Positions 10,290-20,346 are shown, numbered from the stretch's first letter. The stretch is DNA of 64,000 nucleotides from Candidatus Dormiibacterota bacterium (GCA_035577625.1 DATLVG010000139.1:16114-80113); one strand, 5' to 3'. Translations and numbers: made by a program. The notes: generated from the letters alone by a model not told the origin.

Positions 10290-11945
10290 CTACGTCTTCC
10301 CGCCAGCCTGCGCCATCTCCGCCAGCTTCGCTCGCGCCGCTCCCACTTCGAAGCGTTCTTCGCTCTTCGCCGTTTCTGTCAGTTCCCGGAAATATCTCAT
10401 CGCCGCCGAGTCGTTCCCCGAACGGTTCGCCGCCACCGCCGCTCCGTACAAAGCGTTAAACCGCTTCGGCGCAACCTTCAGCACCGCCTCGTATTCCACA
10501 AGCGCTTCTTTATCCCGCCTTCGTCCCATCAACATTCCCGCCAGCATCTCGCGTGCAGGCGTCACCGGCCCTGGAGTCACTGCATCCTTGTCCATACTCT
10601 CTTCGAGTTTGACTGCCGCCCGTATTGCCGCCATGGCTTCGTCCCGCTTCCCGCTCTGTTCTGCCAGCCATGCGCTCACTTCGAGCCTCTGCACTTCAAT
10701 TTGTTTCGACCAGTACTCGCTTTTTTTCGCTGCCTCATCTCGGAGCTCCGCGAGGTTGTTCTCCGCTAGCGCCGCTCGTTCCAATTTGCCGGACATTGCG
10801 CTTCCTTCGCCGATCGCCTCCCAGACCAGCGCCCTCGCCCACGGCACGCCGCTCGTCATCGGCTCCAGCTTCAGCGTCTCATCCCAGTTCTTTAGTTCAA
10901 TCGCATATCGCGCCGGAATTGCTCCTGTCGCGTAGTTTCCCGTCAACGTCAATCCCTGCGCCGCATCGAGGCCTCGCATCTGATCCAGAATCGCTTTCGC
11001 TCTCTTTACCTGTCCGGTTTGCAAGTATGCGTACTCCAGATAATCCATCGCGTGCAGTCGCTGGTCGCGCGCTTCGCCGTTCTTCGAAACCTTCTCCTGC
11101 GCCGCCGCGATCTCCGCCGATTTCATATTCGACGCGATCGACTCATCCCATGATCCAACTCTCGTAAAAATATGTGAAGGCATGTGATTCGCATGCGCGG
11201 AACCCGGCGCAATCTTCGCGTACATTCTCGCCGCTCCCAGACCATCCTGCGCCAGCACCGGATTGTCGTAGCAATGAATAATGTAGTGCGCCACGCCAGG
11301 ATGGTGCGGTTGCTCCTTGAAGATCGGCTCCAGTATCCCACCGCACTTTTTTTCATTCGAAAATGTTTTATCCAGCGGCGATGCAGAAAGCTTCAGCGAC
11401 AGCGCATGGAATATCTGCGCCTCCGTGTCCGTCGGATTCGCCGCCGCCAGCTCGCCCATCTTTTTCTCAAACGCCGCGCCTCGCACGCCATAATCCGCCT
11501 TCTCATCGGTATAAACCGCCGCCAGCGCCTCAATATAGCCCTTCTCACGCTCCGACGTGGCCTCATTCGCCTTTGCAATCTCTCGCGCTTTCGCTAATGC
11601 CACGCTTCCTCGTGCGAAATCGCCGCTGCGCCAAAGTCCGTGGAAATGTGACATCGCAATGCCCCACTCGGCCATGGCACACCGCGGATTCTCGTTTGCG
11701 ATCTTTTCGAACGCCGCACGCGTGTCCTCATATTGGAAAGAATGTAGCAGTGCCACCGCCTTATTGAACTTCGCGTCAAATTCCGCCTTCGCCGCCTCGC
11801 TCATCCCCACGCCGCAAGTCGTCACAAAATGCACCGACCCCACTTCTTCTTCGCTCAATTCGTGATGATGCCCTTCCTGTCCTCGCGCTGCCCAACCGCA
11901 CAGCAGCATCACGCCCAACGCCGCAGCCGCTCCGCGCATCTTCAC
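10290..11945 (-). CDS. Secreted TPR-like hypothetical protein with His motifs
   Basis: Signal peptide, LLHSFQY, HPGVAHYIIHCYD, HANHMPSHIF, helical repeats. Confidence 0.7.
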   Translation of the reverse strand: MKMRGAAAALGVMLLCGWAARGQEGHHHELSEEEVGSVHFVTTCGVGMSEAAKAEFDAKFNKAVALLHSFQYEDTRAAFEKIANENPRCAMAEWGIAMSHFHGLWRSGDFARGSVALAKAREIAKANEATSEREKGYIEALAAVYTDEKADYGVRGAAFEKKMGELAAANPTDTEAQIFHALSLKLSASPLDKTFSNEKKCGGILEPIFKEQPHHPGVAHYIIHCYDNPVLAQDGLGAARMYAKIAPGSAHANHMPSHIFTRVGSWDESIASNMKSAEIAAAQEKVSKNGEARDQRLHAMDYLEYAYLQTGQVKRAKAILDQMRGLDAAQGLTLTGNYATGAIPARYAIELKNWDETLKLEPMTSGVPWARALVWEAIGEGSAMSGKLERAALAENNLAELRDEAAKKSEYWSKQIEVQRLEVSAWLAEQSGKRDEAMAAIRAAVKLEESMDKDAVTPGPVTPAREMLAGMLMGRRRDKEALVEYEAVLKVAPKRFNALYGAAVAANRSGNDSAAMRYFRELTETAKSEERFEVGAARAKLAEMAQAGGKT

Positions 11946-12099
11946 ACCTCGCCGCCATGAAATTTCCAGGAGAGGGCTTTAGCCTATTCTCACCGTCACC
12001 CCGCGTCAACGCGCTTGTTCGCAACTTCGGCTTCCGCGCAAAGTCGGGTACAATCCAACGTTTGTCCTGTGGCTGTCTATCGCACGATGAGGTGATGGA

Positions 12100-13884
12100 A
12101 TGACCCGTTCACGTCGTATCCGCGCATTTTTCGCGCTAGTTCTGCTGTTGGGTTCCGCAACGCTCGCTGCCGCCCAGCAGCGCCGCGAACGCGAACCCAA
12201 CGCCATTTACGCCGCTCGCCGCGCCGCCCTCGCCGCCCAAGTTGACGGCCCAATCGTCCTCTGGGGATTCACCGGCCGCGAAGAAGTCTTGCAGACTTAC
12301 ATCTTTTCTCAGGAATACGATTTTTACTACCTCACTGGACACAACGAAGAAGGCGCCGGCCTCATCATTCTCCCGGCCAAAAATCATCCCGCCTCCGATG
12401 GTCCCGGCGAAATTCTCTTCCTCCCTCCCAAGAATCCCGACGAAGAAAAATGGAACGGCATCCGCAAATCCCCTTCCGATCCCGACATCACGGCCATCAG
12501 CGGCTTCTCCAACGTTAAGCCGTTCTCCGAGATGCGCTCCGTCGTTGAGCACCTCGCCAAATCCTACTCCACCTTTTACACCATCCTTCCCTACCGCAAA
12601 GAACTCGGTGGCTTCCCTCACGAAAAAGCCGTCACCGACTGGCTCGCCCTCGTTGCCCCGCAAGCAAAGCTAAAAGACATTCGCGCGCAAATCGAAACCG
12701 AGCGTCAGATCAAATCCCCAGGTGAAATTGCCTTTCTCCAAAAAGCCATCGACCTCTCGCTCGACTCTCACCTCGCCGCCATGAAAATGATGCGCCCCGG
12801 CCTGTTCGAGTATCAGGTCGGCGCAAAAATGGTCGAAGTCCACGCCATGGGCGGTTCCGAATCCGAAGGCTACGCGCCAATTGTCGGCGCCGGCCCGAAT
12901 TCCACCGCGCTCCATTACGATCGTCTCGACCGCAAAATTCAGGACGGCGACATCGTCGTGCTCGATGTCGGCGCCCAATATTCGGGTTACTCCGCCGACA
13001 TCACTCGCACCATTCCCGCCAACGGGAAATTCACTCCCCGCCAGCGCGAAATCTACGACATCGTTCTTGGCGCCCAAAACGCCGCCATCGCCGCCATCAA
13101 GCCCGGCGCCGTTTTCTGCCGCACCGAAAAGGACGGCCTCTTCAACATCGCCTACAACTACATCAACACTCACGGCAAAGATCTTCACGGCAAGCCGCTC
13201 GGCCAATACTTCATTCACGGACTCGGCCACGGCATCGGTCTCGACGTCCACGATCCCGGCGCGCCCTGCAAACCTCTTGCACCCGGCATGGTCGTCACCA
13301 TCGAGCCCGGCATCTACATCCCCGAAGAAAATCTCGGTGTCCGCATCGAAGACGATTTCCTCATCACCGACACCGGCGTCAACTTCCTCAGCGAAAAACT
13401 TCCGCGCAATCCCGACGCCATCGAAAAAATCATGGCTGAAGCCGCCGCAACGCCTTCCACCGCAACCTCCGGCGACGCCGACCAAATCAAATCGCTCATC
13501 GCCAAGTACACCCGCTCCATCGATGCTTGTGACACCAGCATCGCCGCCGAGGTTTGGCTTGACTCTCCTTCCGTAACCTTTATTCATCCTCTTGGCCACG
13601 AACACGGCTTCGCGCAAATCAAACAGAATATCTACGAAAAACTCTTCGGCCAGTTGTTTTCCGAACGCACTCTCACCGCGCACGACCTCACCGTAGACGT
13701 GGCTGGCGATTCCGCCGTGGCCGAGTTTTACTGGGATTTTGTCGCGAAATTTCGCAAAGATGGTTCACCACTCAGCACCCACGGTCGCGAAACGCAGGTT
13801 TATTACAAACACGATGGCTCCTGGCGCCTCGCTCACGTGCACTATTCCGGCATGCCCGCCGCAATTCAGCGGGAAGGTTTTTGA
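12100..13884 (+). CDS. pepP: Xaa-Pro aminopeptidase (M24B) with signal peptide and C-terminal NTF2/SnoaL-like domain
   Basis: DFYYLTG, LHY, DVGAQYSGYSADITRT, HGLGHGIGLDVHD, TIEPGIY, GVRIEDD; tail ending GRETQVY..WRLAHVHYS. Confidence 0.85.
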   Translation: MTRSRRIRAFFALVLLLGSATLAAAQQRREREPNAIYAARRAALAAQVDGPIVLWGFTGREEVLQTYIFSQEYDFYYLTGHNEEGAGLIILPAKNHPASDGPGEILFLPPKNPDEEKWNGIRKSPSDPDITAISGFSNVKPFSEMRSVVEHLAKSYSTFYTILPYRKELGGFPHEKAVTDWLALVAPQAKLKDIRAQIETERQIKSPGEIAFLQKAIDLSLDSHLAAMKMMRPGLFEYQVGAKMVEVHAMGGSESEGYAPIVGAGPNSTALHYDRLDRKIQDGDIVVLDVGAQYSGYSADITRTIPANGKFTPRQREIYDIVLGAQNAAIAAIKPGAVFCRTEKDGLFNIAYNYINTHGKDLHGKPLGQYFIHGLGHGIGLDVHDPGAPCKPLAPGMVVTIEPGIYIPEENLGVRIEDDFLITDTGVNFLSEKLPRNPDAIEKIMAEAAATPSTATSGDADQIKSLIAKYTRSIDACDTSIAAEVWLDSPSVTFIHPLGHEHGFAQIKQNIYEKLFGQLFSERTLTAHDLTVDVAGDSAVAEFYWDFVAKFRKDGSPLSTHGRETQVYYKHDGSWRLAHVHYSGMPAAIQREGF

Positions 13885-14030
13885 CGTCGCCCCAATTGAC
13901 CATCTTAAATCCCCGCCCTTATACTGTTTATTCGCATTGGACCCGTCTTTCTCCACTGCGCCTCGACTGATTCCGCGCTTGCCGCAGCTGCCGGAATTTT
14001 CGAAATCAAACTGAGAGCATTCGGTCGAAT

Positions 14031-14597
14031 ATGAGCAACCTGAAAGCAACACAACTACGCCCCGGCATGGTCATCAATCACGAAAAGGAACTCTATACCG
14101 TCTTCAGCACCGACCATCGCACTCCGGGCAACAAGCGCGGCTCCATGCAGACGCGCCTCAAAAGCCTTCGCACCGGCACCATGATCGACTATCGTTTCCG
14201 CGCCGAAGAATTCGTCGAACGCGCCATCCTCGATGAAATCGAATTCGAATACCTCTACCACGAGGGCGACGAATACCATTTCATGAATACGCAAGACTAC
14301 GAGCAGATGCAGATGACCGCCGCGGAGCTCGGCGAAACCGTCTACTACCTCGTCCCCAACACCATCGTCAAAATTGAATTCTTCGAGGAAAAAGCCATCG
14401 GCGTCGATCTCCCCGATACCATGGATCTCAAAGTCATCCAGACCGAGCCCACTCTCCAGAAAGCCACTGCCAGCGCCGTCATGAAGCCTGCCACTTTGGA
14501 AACCGGTCTCGTCGTAAACGTTCCACCTTTCGTCAACGAAGGTGATAGAATCCGCGTCGACACTTCCGAAGCCCGCTACGTCCAGCGCGTCGAGTAG
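14031..14597 (+). CDS. efp: Elongation factor P
   Basis: YLYHEGDEYHFMN..YEQ, KPATLETG, VPPFV, YVQR; loop TPGNKRG. Confidence 0.93.
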   Translation: MSNLKATQLRPGMVINHEKELYTVFSTDHRTPGNKRGSMQTRLKSLRTGTMIDYRFRAEEFVERAILDEIEFEYLYHEGDEYHFMNTQDYEQMQMTAAELGETVYYLVPNTIVKIEFFEEKAIGVDLPDTMDLKVIQTEPTLQKATASAVMKPATLETGLVVNVPPFVNEGDRIRVDTSEARYVQRVE

Positions 14598-14632
14598 CTT
14601 CCGCATCGGTGCTTTGGTTTGTTTTTCGGTTT

Positions 14633-14664
14633 TGTAGTGGCGGGTCTTCGGACCCGTTCTTTTT
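14633..14664 (+). terminator. Hairpin CGGGTC-TTCG-GACCCG plus T-tract after efp; starts with TGTAG like the REP family
   Basis: Perfect 6-bp stem with UUCG loop followed by TTCTTTTT. Confidence 0.6.
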
Positions 14665-14785
14665 GGGTTTGCGTTTCGCACTCGCAGCGGCCGCTTCTTG
14701 CCTTGAGCTTAGCGAACCGGTCCGAGGCGGCATCTTACGCAAGCGTTGTTTCGTCACCAGTTCTGCTGGTTGGCGTTGGGGTTTG

Positions 14786-14813
14786 CTGAAAACTGATGAC
14801 TGACGACTGAAAA
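14786..14813 (+). repeat. Heptamer tandem repeat (CTGANNA) x4
   Basis: CTGAAAA CTGATGA CTGACGA CTGAAAA. Confidence 0.7.
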
Positions 14814-14880
14814 GTGTTTTTCTTTTTTTCCGCCTCCGCAGCTGAATTCAGTCCCAGCCGAATTCAGATGAGGCAAAAAC

Positions 14881-14912
14881 AAAAGCGTCCCGGTTTTACC
14901 GGGACGCTTTCT
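14881..14912. terminator. Bidirectional intrinsic terminator between convergent efp and purB
   Basis: AAAGCGTCCCGG-TTTTA-CCGGGACGCTTT with A/T tracts on both sides. Confidence 0.8.
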
Positions 14913-14933
14913 GTTTCTAACTTTCTTTCCGAT

Positions 14934-14962
14934 TTCTGTGTCCTCTGTGCCTCTGTGGCTAA
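14934..14962 (-). repeat. CACAGAG-type short tandem repeat element
   Basis: Reverse complement TTAGC CACAGAGG CACAGAGGA CACAGAA. Confidence 0.7.
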
Positions 14963-14979
14963 TCCTCTATTCCTGTTCT

Positions 14980-16302
14980 TCACGCCTTCTTCGCCGCCGT
15001 CTTCTCCCCAAACACTCTCGCAAAAATCGCGTCCACATACCTCAACTGCCGCTTCAAATCAAACGTATGTTCCAGCGCCTTCCCGTCCAGATATTTCGTA
15101 ATCCGCGGATCTTTCCCCACTCGCTCGCGAAAACTCGCATCCGTCTCCCACGCCGCCATCGCGTTCTCCTGTACCGTCTTATAAGCCTCGTCCCGCGGCA
15201 TTCCTTTTTCCACGAGGTCCTGTAACAGCTGCCCGGAAAATACCAGCCCCTGCGTCGCATCCAGGTTTTTCTTCATTCGCTCCGGAAACACACGCATCTC
15301 CGCCACAATCGCCGTCATCTTCGCCAGCATGTAATCGATCAAAATCGTCGAGTCCGGTAAAATCACGCGCTCCACCGAGCTGTGCGAAATATCCCGCTCA
15401 TGCCAAAGCGCAATATTTTCAAACGCCGCAATCGTATTCGACCTCACCAGCCGCGCCAGCCCGCAAATCTGCTCGCACGTCACCGGATTCCGCTTGTGCG
15501 GCATCGCGGAACTTCCCCGCTGTTCCCCGCCAAACGGCTCTTCCGCTTCGCGCACTTCCGTCCTCTGCAAATGTCGAATCTCCAATCCAATTTTTTCCAG
15601 CGTCGCCGCAATCAACGCCAACGTACTCACATAATGCGCATGCCGGTCCCGTTGAATCACCTGCGAAGCCACGGGAGCCACATCCAATCCCAGTCGCTGG
15701 CAAATCCGCTCTTCAATGTCCGGCCCTAGGTGTGAAGCATTCCCCACCGCGCCGGAAATTTTTCCCACGCGCATCTGCGCCGCAGCATCTTCAAATCTTC
15801 CGATATTCCGCTGATTCTCCGCGTACCAGTTCGCCATCTTCAACCCAAACGTAATCGGCTCCGCATGGACTCCATGCGTCCGCCCAATCTGGGGTGTATG
15901 TCGAAATTCCTGCGCCCGCTTCCCCAATACATCCGAAAACTTCACCAGCGCCGCCTCAATCAACCGTGAAGCATCCCGTACCAGCAACGACTGCGCCGTA
16001 TCCACCACATCATTCGAGGTCATCCCGTAATGCAGCCATCGCGCCGTCTCTGGATCCCCAATCGATTCGCCCACCGCCATCGTGAACGCAATGACGTCGT
16101 GCTTCACGCGCGCTTCTATCTCATTCACGCGCGCCGCATCCACTTTCGCCCTCGCGCGAATCGCCACGGCTGCCTCGCGCGGCACTTGCCCGGCCTCCGC
16201 TAGCGTCTCCGTCGCCGCCAACTCCACGTCCAGCCAACGTGCATACTTATTTGCATCGCTCCAGACCCGCCCCATCTCCTCGCGCGTATACCGTGAAATC
16301 AA
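14980..16302 (-). CDS. purB: Adenylosuccinate lyase
   Basis: MISRY, HDVIAF, GMTSND, GRTHGVHAEP, GSSAMPHKRNP, HERDISHSSVER. Confidence 0.96.
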   Translation of the reverse strand: MISRYTREEMGRVWSDANKYARWLDVELAATETLAEAGQVPREAAVAIRARAKVDAARVNEIEARVKHDVIAFTMAVGESIGDPETARWLHYGMTSNDVVDTAQSLLVRDASRLIEAALVKFSDVLGKRAQEFRHTPQIGRTHGVHAEPITFGLKMANWYAENQRNIGRFEDAAAQMRVGKISGAVGNASHLGPDIEERICQRLGLDVAPVASQVIQRDRHAHYVSTLALIAATLEKIGLEIRHLQRTEVREAEEPFGGEQRGSSAMPHKRNPVTCEQICGLARLVRSNTIAAFENIALWHERDISHSSVERVILPDSTILIDYMLAKMTAIVAEMRVFPERMKKNLDATQGLVFSGQLLQDLVEKGMPRDEAYKTVQENAMAAWETDASFRERVGKDPRITKYLDGKALEHTFDLKRQLRYVDAIFARVFGEKTAAKKA

Positions 16303-16327
16303 CTCGCTCTCCTCGTGCTGCTCATTC

Positions 16328-16383
16328 TGTTATCCCGACCGGAATTCCGACGTTTTTCGTCGGAACGTAGCGGAGGGATCCTG
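16328..16383 (+). repeat. TGTCATCC...GGATC dispersed palindromic element
   Basis: TGTTATCCCGACCGGA..GGAGGGATCCTG with internal hairpin TTCCGACG-TTTTT-CGTCGGAA; matches reverse complement of 30103-30131. Confidence 0.65.
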
Positions 16384-16610
16384 GCACCATTCCACGCCAC
16401 TGCCAATCGTTGGGACGCACCACACGCGCGCCCAAACTCTTCCTCCTTCAATCATAAGGTATTTCTTGCCAGCGCGCCGTGGCAAGCCAAGCAGAAAACT
16501 CAAACTGCCCCGCTTGTTTAACCACCTGCCTAATTCCCTTTCGCCTTTCCGGCATTCGAGGGTGAGGCAGTTTGAATTTTCCTGCTCGTGACAGCCTAAG
16601 TCGAAAAATT

Positions 16611-17054
16611 TTAAGCTGATCCGCTTCTAACCTTCCGCACCGTCACCACTCCGCCCACCTTCTTCAACAATCCCAGCGTGTCCCACACGCTGTACGTATC
16701 CATAATCTTTCCATTCGCGATCTGATGAATCGAAATCCCTTCCACCGAAATCTTTTTATTCGTCGGCTCCAGCCCGTTGTACTCACCCGAATGCACTCCC
16801 GAAATCACCCACGACGCCACTACCTTGTCGTTCTCGCAGACCATCTCCTGCACTTCAAATTTCAAATTCGAAAACGCCCGCATGAACCGGCTCACTACCG
16901 CCTTGTACGCTTCCGGACCCGTCAACGAATCCGCCGCATTCGGATCCATCACCGCGTGGCTCGGCGAAAGAAACGCATCCACCGCCTTCATCTTCCGTTC
17001 GTTCCAAACTTCCTCATAAAACTTTCTCACCAGCGCCTGATTGGAAAGTGCCAC
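16611..17054 (-). CDS. SnoaL-like ester cyclase family protein
   Basis: VRKFYEEVWN, GPEAYK, GVHSGEYNGLEPTNKKI..GKI. Confidence 0.85.
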   Translation of the reverse strand: MALSNQALVRKFYEEVWNERKMKAVDAFLSPSHAVMDPNAADSLTGPEAYKAVVSRFMRAFSNLKFEVQEMVCENDKVVASWVISGVHSGEYNGLEPTNKKISVEGISIHQIANGKIMDTYSVWDTLGLLKKVGGVVTVRKVRSGSA

Positions 17055-17080
17055 GGGACATCTCCTCCTCCGCTCGCCGC

Positions 17081-17108
17081 TGTAGCGGCCACCTTCCGAG
17101 GTGGGCGC
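17081..17108 (+). repeat. GTAG-type REP-like palindrome
   Basis: TGTAGCGGCCACCTTCCGAGGTGGGCGC; copies at 25814 and 31542 on the minus strand. Confidence 0.75.
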
Positions 17109-17430
17109 ATTAGCCGCAAGAATCGCCTACGCCTCTCCTTCGCCGCCAGAGCCTACTCCCTAAACTCATAACTGACAATCGCTGCCGCCAGGTTTCCACT
17201 TGACCGTCTTCCCTGTTGCCGCTGTTGTTTCCCCGATTCTACTTTTTATACTCTGCCCATGAACTTGTCCAAATTGTTACTCGCCGCCCTCCTCATGAGT
17301 GGCAACGCGCCTTCACCGACGAAGTCCGTTAAGCCGTCGCTAAACGTATGGTTTTAAATTACTTACAGCCATTGTATTGTGACGTCGAGAGGGGCGGCGC
17401 AACCTAACCGCAACCCCATTTTCCTGTCTA

Positions 17431-18075
17431 ATGTCCCAGATGACCTCTAGCGTCGACTCTGCCCTGGTCCCCGACGCCGTCGCTGTCGAGCGCACCCTCG
17501 CTGGCGACCGCGATGCCTATCGCATTCTCGTCGAGCGCCACAGTCAGAACGTCTATCGCCTCGCCTACCGCATGGCGGGCAATTCTCATGACGCCGAGGA
17601 AATCGTTCAGGAGGCATTCTTGCGCGGCTATCAAAAACTCAAACAGTTTGCCGGGCAGGCCAATTTCGGCACCTGGGTCTACCGCATCGCCGCAAACTAT
17701 GCAATCGACCGCCTTCGTCAGCGCAAAGTGGAAGACTCGCGCCGCGAACCGCCTTCCCGCGAGTCCGAAGAAGGCAACGAACTCGATCCGCTCGCGCAGC
17801 TCAAGGACTCTGCCCCCTCGCCCGAACGTCTCGCCGGCAGCAGCCAACTCGCCCTTCGCATGCAGCAAGCCTTGAAAGAACTTACTCCCGCCGAGCGCAC
17901 CGCCATCGTCATGCGCCACTGGGACGGCTGCGGCATTGAAGAAATCGCCGACGTCCTCAAGTCCAGCACCACTGCCGCAAAAAACACAGTTTTCCGCGCC
18001 GTCCAAAAACTGCGCGTCGCGCTCGAACCGTTTGCCGAAGGCCGGCAAACGGCAAGAGCGATGGGAATGGAATAA
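17431..18075 (+). CDS. ECF RNA polymerase sigma-70 factor
   Basis: GDRDAYRILVERH, DAEEIVQEAFL, FGTWVYRIAAN, region 4 EEIADVL..TAAKNTVFRA. Confidence 0.92.
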   Translation: MSQMTSSVDSALVPDAVAVERTLAGDRDAYRILVERHSQNVYRLAYRMAGNSHDAEEIVQEAFLRGYQKLKQFAGQANFGTWVYRIAANYAIDRLRQRKVEDSRREPPSRESEEGNELDPLAQLKDSAPSPERLAGSSQLALRMQQALKELTPAERTAIVMRHWDGCGIEEIADVLKSSTTAAKNTVFRAVQKLRVALEPFAEGRQTARAMGME

Positions 18076-18078
18076 AAA

Positions 18079-18885
18079 ATGGAACACATAAAGGAAGAAG
18101 AATTGATCGCATACCACGACGGCGACCGCACCAATCGCGAACACGTGCAGCAACATCTGCAATCCTGCTCCGAATGCCGCGCCGCGCTCGAAAAAATCGA
18201 AGCCGTCTTCGCCGCCATGGATTCCCTGCCTGTTCCCGATCCCGGTGAAAATTACGGTCAACGTGTCTGGGCCGCTATCTCGCCGCGTTTGCCCGAGCGC
18301 CAACCCCGCTGGTGGGAATCTTTTTTCGCTCCGCGCCGCCTCGTCGCCGTTGGCGCCTTCGCCGCAATCGTCCTCGCCGCGTATGTCGCAGGGCGTTGGT
18401 CGAAGCCGCAACCACCAGTCGAAACCGTCGACACCGCTAAGGTTCGCGAGCGCGTTCTCGTCGTCGCTGTCGGCGATCACCTCAACAAATCCGAAATGCT
18501 TCTCATCGAACTTTCCAATGCGCAACCTAACCCGGCCTCGGGAAAACTCGTCAATATTTCAGCCGAGCAGCACAGAGCCGAAGATTTGCTCGAAGAAAAC
18601 CGGCTTTACCGGCAGACAGCACTCAAGGAAGGAGACCAGGTCATGGCCAGCACACTCGACGAACTCGAACGCGTCCTCCTCGACGTCGCCAACAGTCCGG
18701 ACCAGGTAACTCCGGCGCGCTTTGAATCCATGCAAAAAAAGCTCGAGTCGCGCGGAATTCTTTTCAAAGTTCGGGTGATCCAGCAGGGCCTGCGGGATCG
18801 CACCAATCCTACCAAGCAGCCTGCGCAGCAAAATCAGCAGCGCAACATTTCAAAAATGAACCACAAGGAAGGTAATCTCGCATGA
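18079..18885 (+). CDS. Zinc-finger (ZAS) transmembrane anti-sigma factor
   Basis: H...HLQSCSEC, one TM segment, periplasmic helical domain; directly after the ECF gene. Confidence 0.8.
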   Translation: MEHIKEEELIAYHDGDRTNREHVQQHLQSCSECRAALEKIEAVFAAMDSLPVPDPGENYGQRVWAAISPRLPERQPRWWESFFAPRRLVAVGAFAAIVLAAYVAGRWSKPQPPVETVDTAKVRERVLVVAVGDHLNKSEMLLIELSNAQPNPASGKLVNISAEQHRAEDLLEENRLYRQTALKEGDQVMASTLDELERVLLDVANSPDQVTPARFESMQKKLESRGILFKVRVIQQGLRDRTNPTKQPAQQNQQRNISKMNHKEGNLA

Positions 18886-20324
18886 TCATTTCTCGCTCAT
18901 TCGATTCAGGTAGCGTAGCCACTCTTGGCTGCGTCAACTTCAAACACGCCGATGCCTATCCACGGAGCTGCGCGGTTTTCCAACGCACCTTGATCACAGG
19001 CCTCGCTCTCGGCTTGCTGCTTCTCCCTTCGTCGCTCACCGCTCGCACCGCGCATCTGCAATCTCAGGACGCAGGCGCCCAATCCGCCGAGGCACAGGAG
19101 AAGGCCGACCAGGCGCGCGAGGACCAGCAGGAAAAAGAACAGGAACGCCGCGAACGAGAGCAGGAAAGGCACGATCGCGAACAAGAAGCGCGTGATCGCG
19201 AACAGGAAAGGATCGATCGCCAGCAGGAACTCTATGACAACGGCCGCGAAGCGCTCGATGATGACCACTACGAAAAAGCGCTCCAGGAATTCGCCGAACT
19301 CATCAAATTGAATGGCCCGCAAACCGACGCCGCCATGTACTGGAAGGCGTACACCGAAAATCGCCTTGGCAGGAAAGCCGCCGCACTCGCCACCATCGCG
19401 GATATCAAAGCGAAGTATGCGCAGTCTCGCTGGAAAAAAGACGCCGACGCCCTCGAAATCGAGGTCCGTCAGTCTTCCAATCAGCAAGTGAAACCGGAAG
19501 AGCACGGCGACGCGGAACTCTATAACCTCGCCCTTCAGGGCTTGATGAACAGCTCGCCCGATCGCGCAATTCCCTTGATCGGAAAAAAACTGAATGGCTC
19601 CGCGCCGGTGAAGGACAAAGCGAAACTCCTCTTTATTCTGGCGCAGAGCGGCCGGCCAGAGGCATTGGACATTTTGGCCAATATTGCTCGTGGACAATCG
19701 AATCCGGAGCTGCAACGCAAAGCCATCGAATACCTCAGCATGTTCGGTGGAGACAAATCCCACAAGCTGCTCGCGGATGTCTACTCCTCCAGCAGCGACG
19801 AGTCCGTGCGCCGCGCCGTCATTAAGAGCTATTTGCTCTCCGGTGATAAAGCGAGCTTGTTCGCCGCGGCGAAAAACGAGAAAAATGAATCGCTGCGCCG
19901 CGAAGCTATCCGCACTCTCGGGCTCACCGGCGGCACTTCCGAACTCGACCAGCTGTATAAAGCTGAAACTTCCACGGACCTCAAGCGCGAGATCCTTCAG
20001 GCATTTTTCCTCTCCGGCGATTCAGCCCGCATGGAGCAGGCCGCTCTCAATGAGAAGGACGTTGAACTTCGCCGCTCCGCCATTCGTAACCTCGGCTTGA
20101 TGGGTCACAGTGACCTTCTGCAGTCCATCTATGCGAAGGAAACCGATCGCAGCCTCAAGGACGAAGTTCTAAACGCCTACTTTATTTCCGGCAACGCCAA
20201 AGCCCTCGTCGCTGTCGCAAAAACGGAAAAAGATCCATCTCTCAAAAAAGAAGCCGTGCAAAAGCTTTCCCTCATGGGCTCCAAAGAGGGCAACGACTAC
20301 TTGATGGAAATTCTGGAAAAGTAA
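18882..20324 (+). CDS. Exported HEAT-repeat protein with charged heptads and a TPR pair
   Basis: Hydrophobic signal, EQERxxR x4, DAAMYWKAY TPR, repeated E..LRR.AI..L units. Confidence 0.75.
   Translation: MIISRSFDSGSVATLGCVNFKHADAYPRSCAVFQRTLITGLALGLLLLPSSLTARTAHLQSQDAGAQSAEAQEKADQAREDQQEKEQERREREQERHDREQEARDREQERIDRQQELYDNGREALDDDHYEKALQEFAELIKLNGPQTDAAMYWKAYTENRLGRKAAALATIADIKAKYAQSRWKKDADALEIEVRQSSNQQVKPEEHGDAELYNLALQGLMNSSPDRAIPLIGKKLNGSAPVKDKAKLLFILAQSGRPEALDILANIARGQSNPELQRKAIEYLSMFGGDKSHKLLADVYSSSSDESVRRAVIKSYLLSGDKASLFAAAKNEKNESLRREAIRTLGLTGGTSELDQLYKAETSTDLKREILQAFFLSGDSARMEQAALNEKDVELRRSAIRNLGLMGHSDLLQSIYAKETDRSLKDEVLNAYFISGNAKALVAVAKTEKDPSLKKEAVQKLSLMGSKEGNDYLMEILEK
19137..19220 (+). 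repeat. Intragenic 21-nt tandem repeat x4 (EQERRER EQERHDR EQEARDR EQERIDR)
   Basis: Read directly in DNA and protein. Confidence 0.75.
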
Positions 20325-20346
20325 TCTCGCGTAAAGGAGAAGCGTC

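Noticed and set aside
17399-17433. Autoregulatory ECF promoter (AAC..GTCTAA)
   Set aside because: Several alternative registers and none compelling without knowing the ECF group consensus
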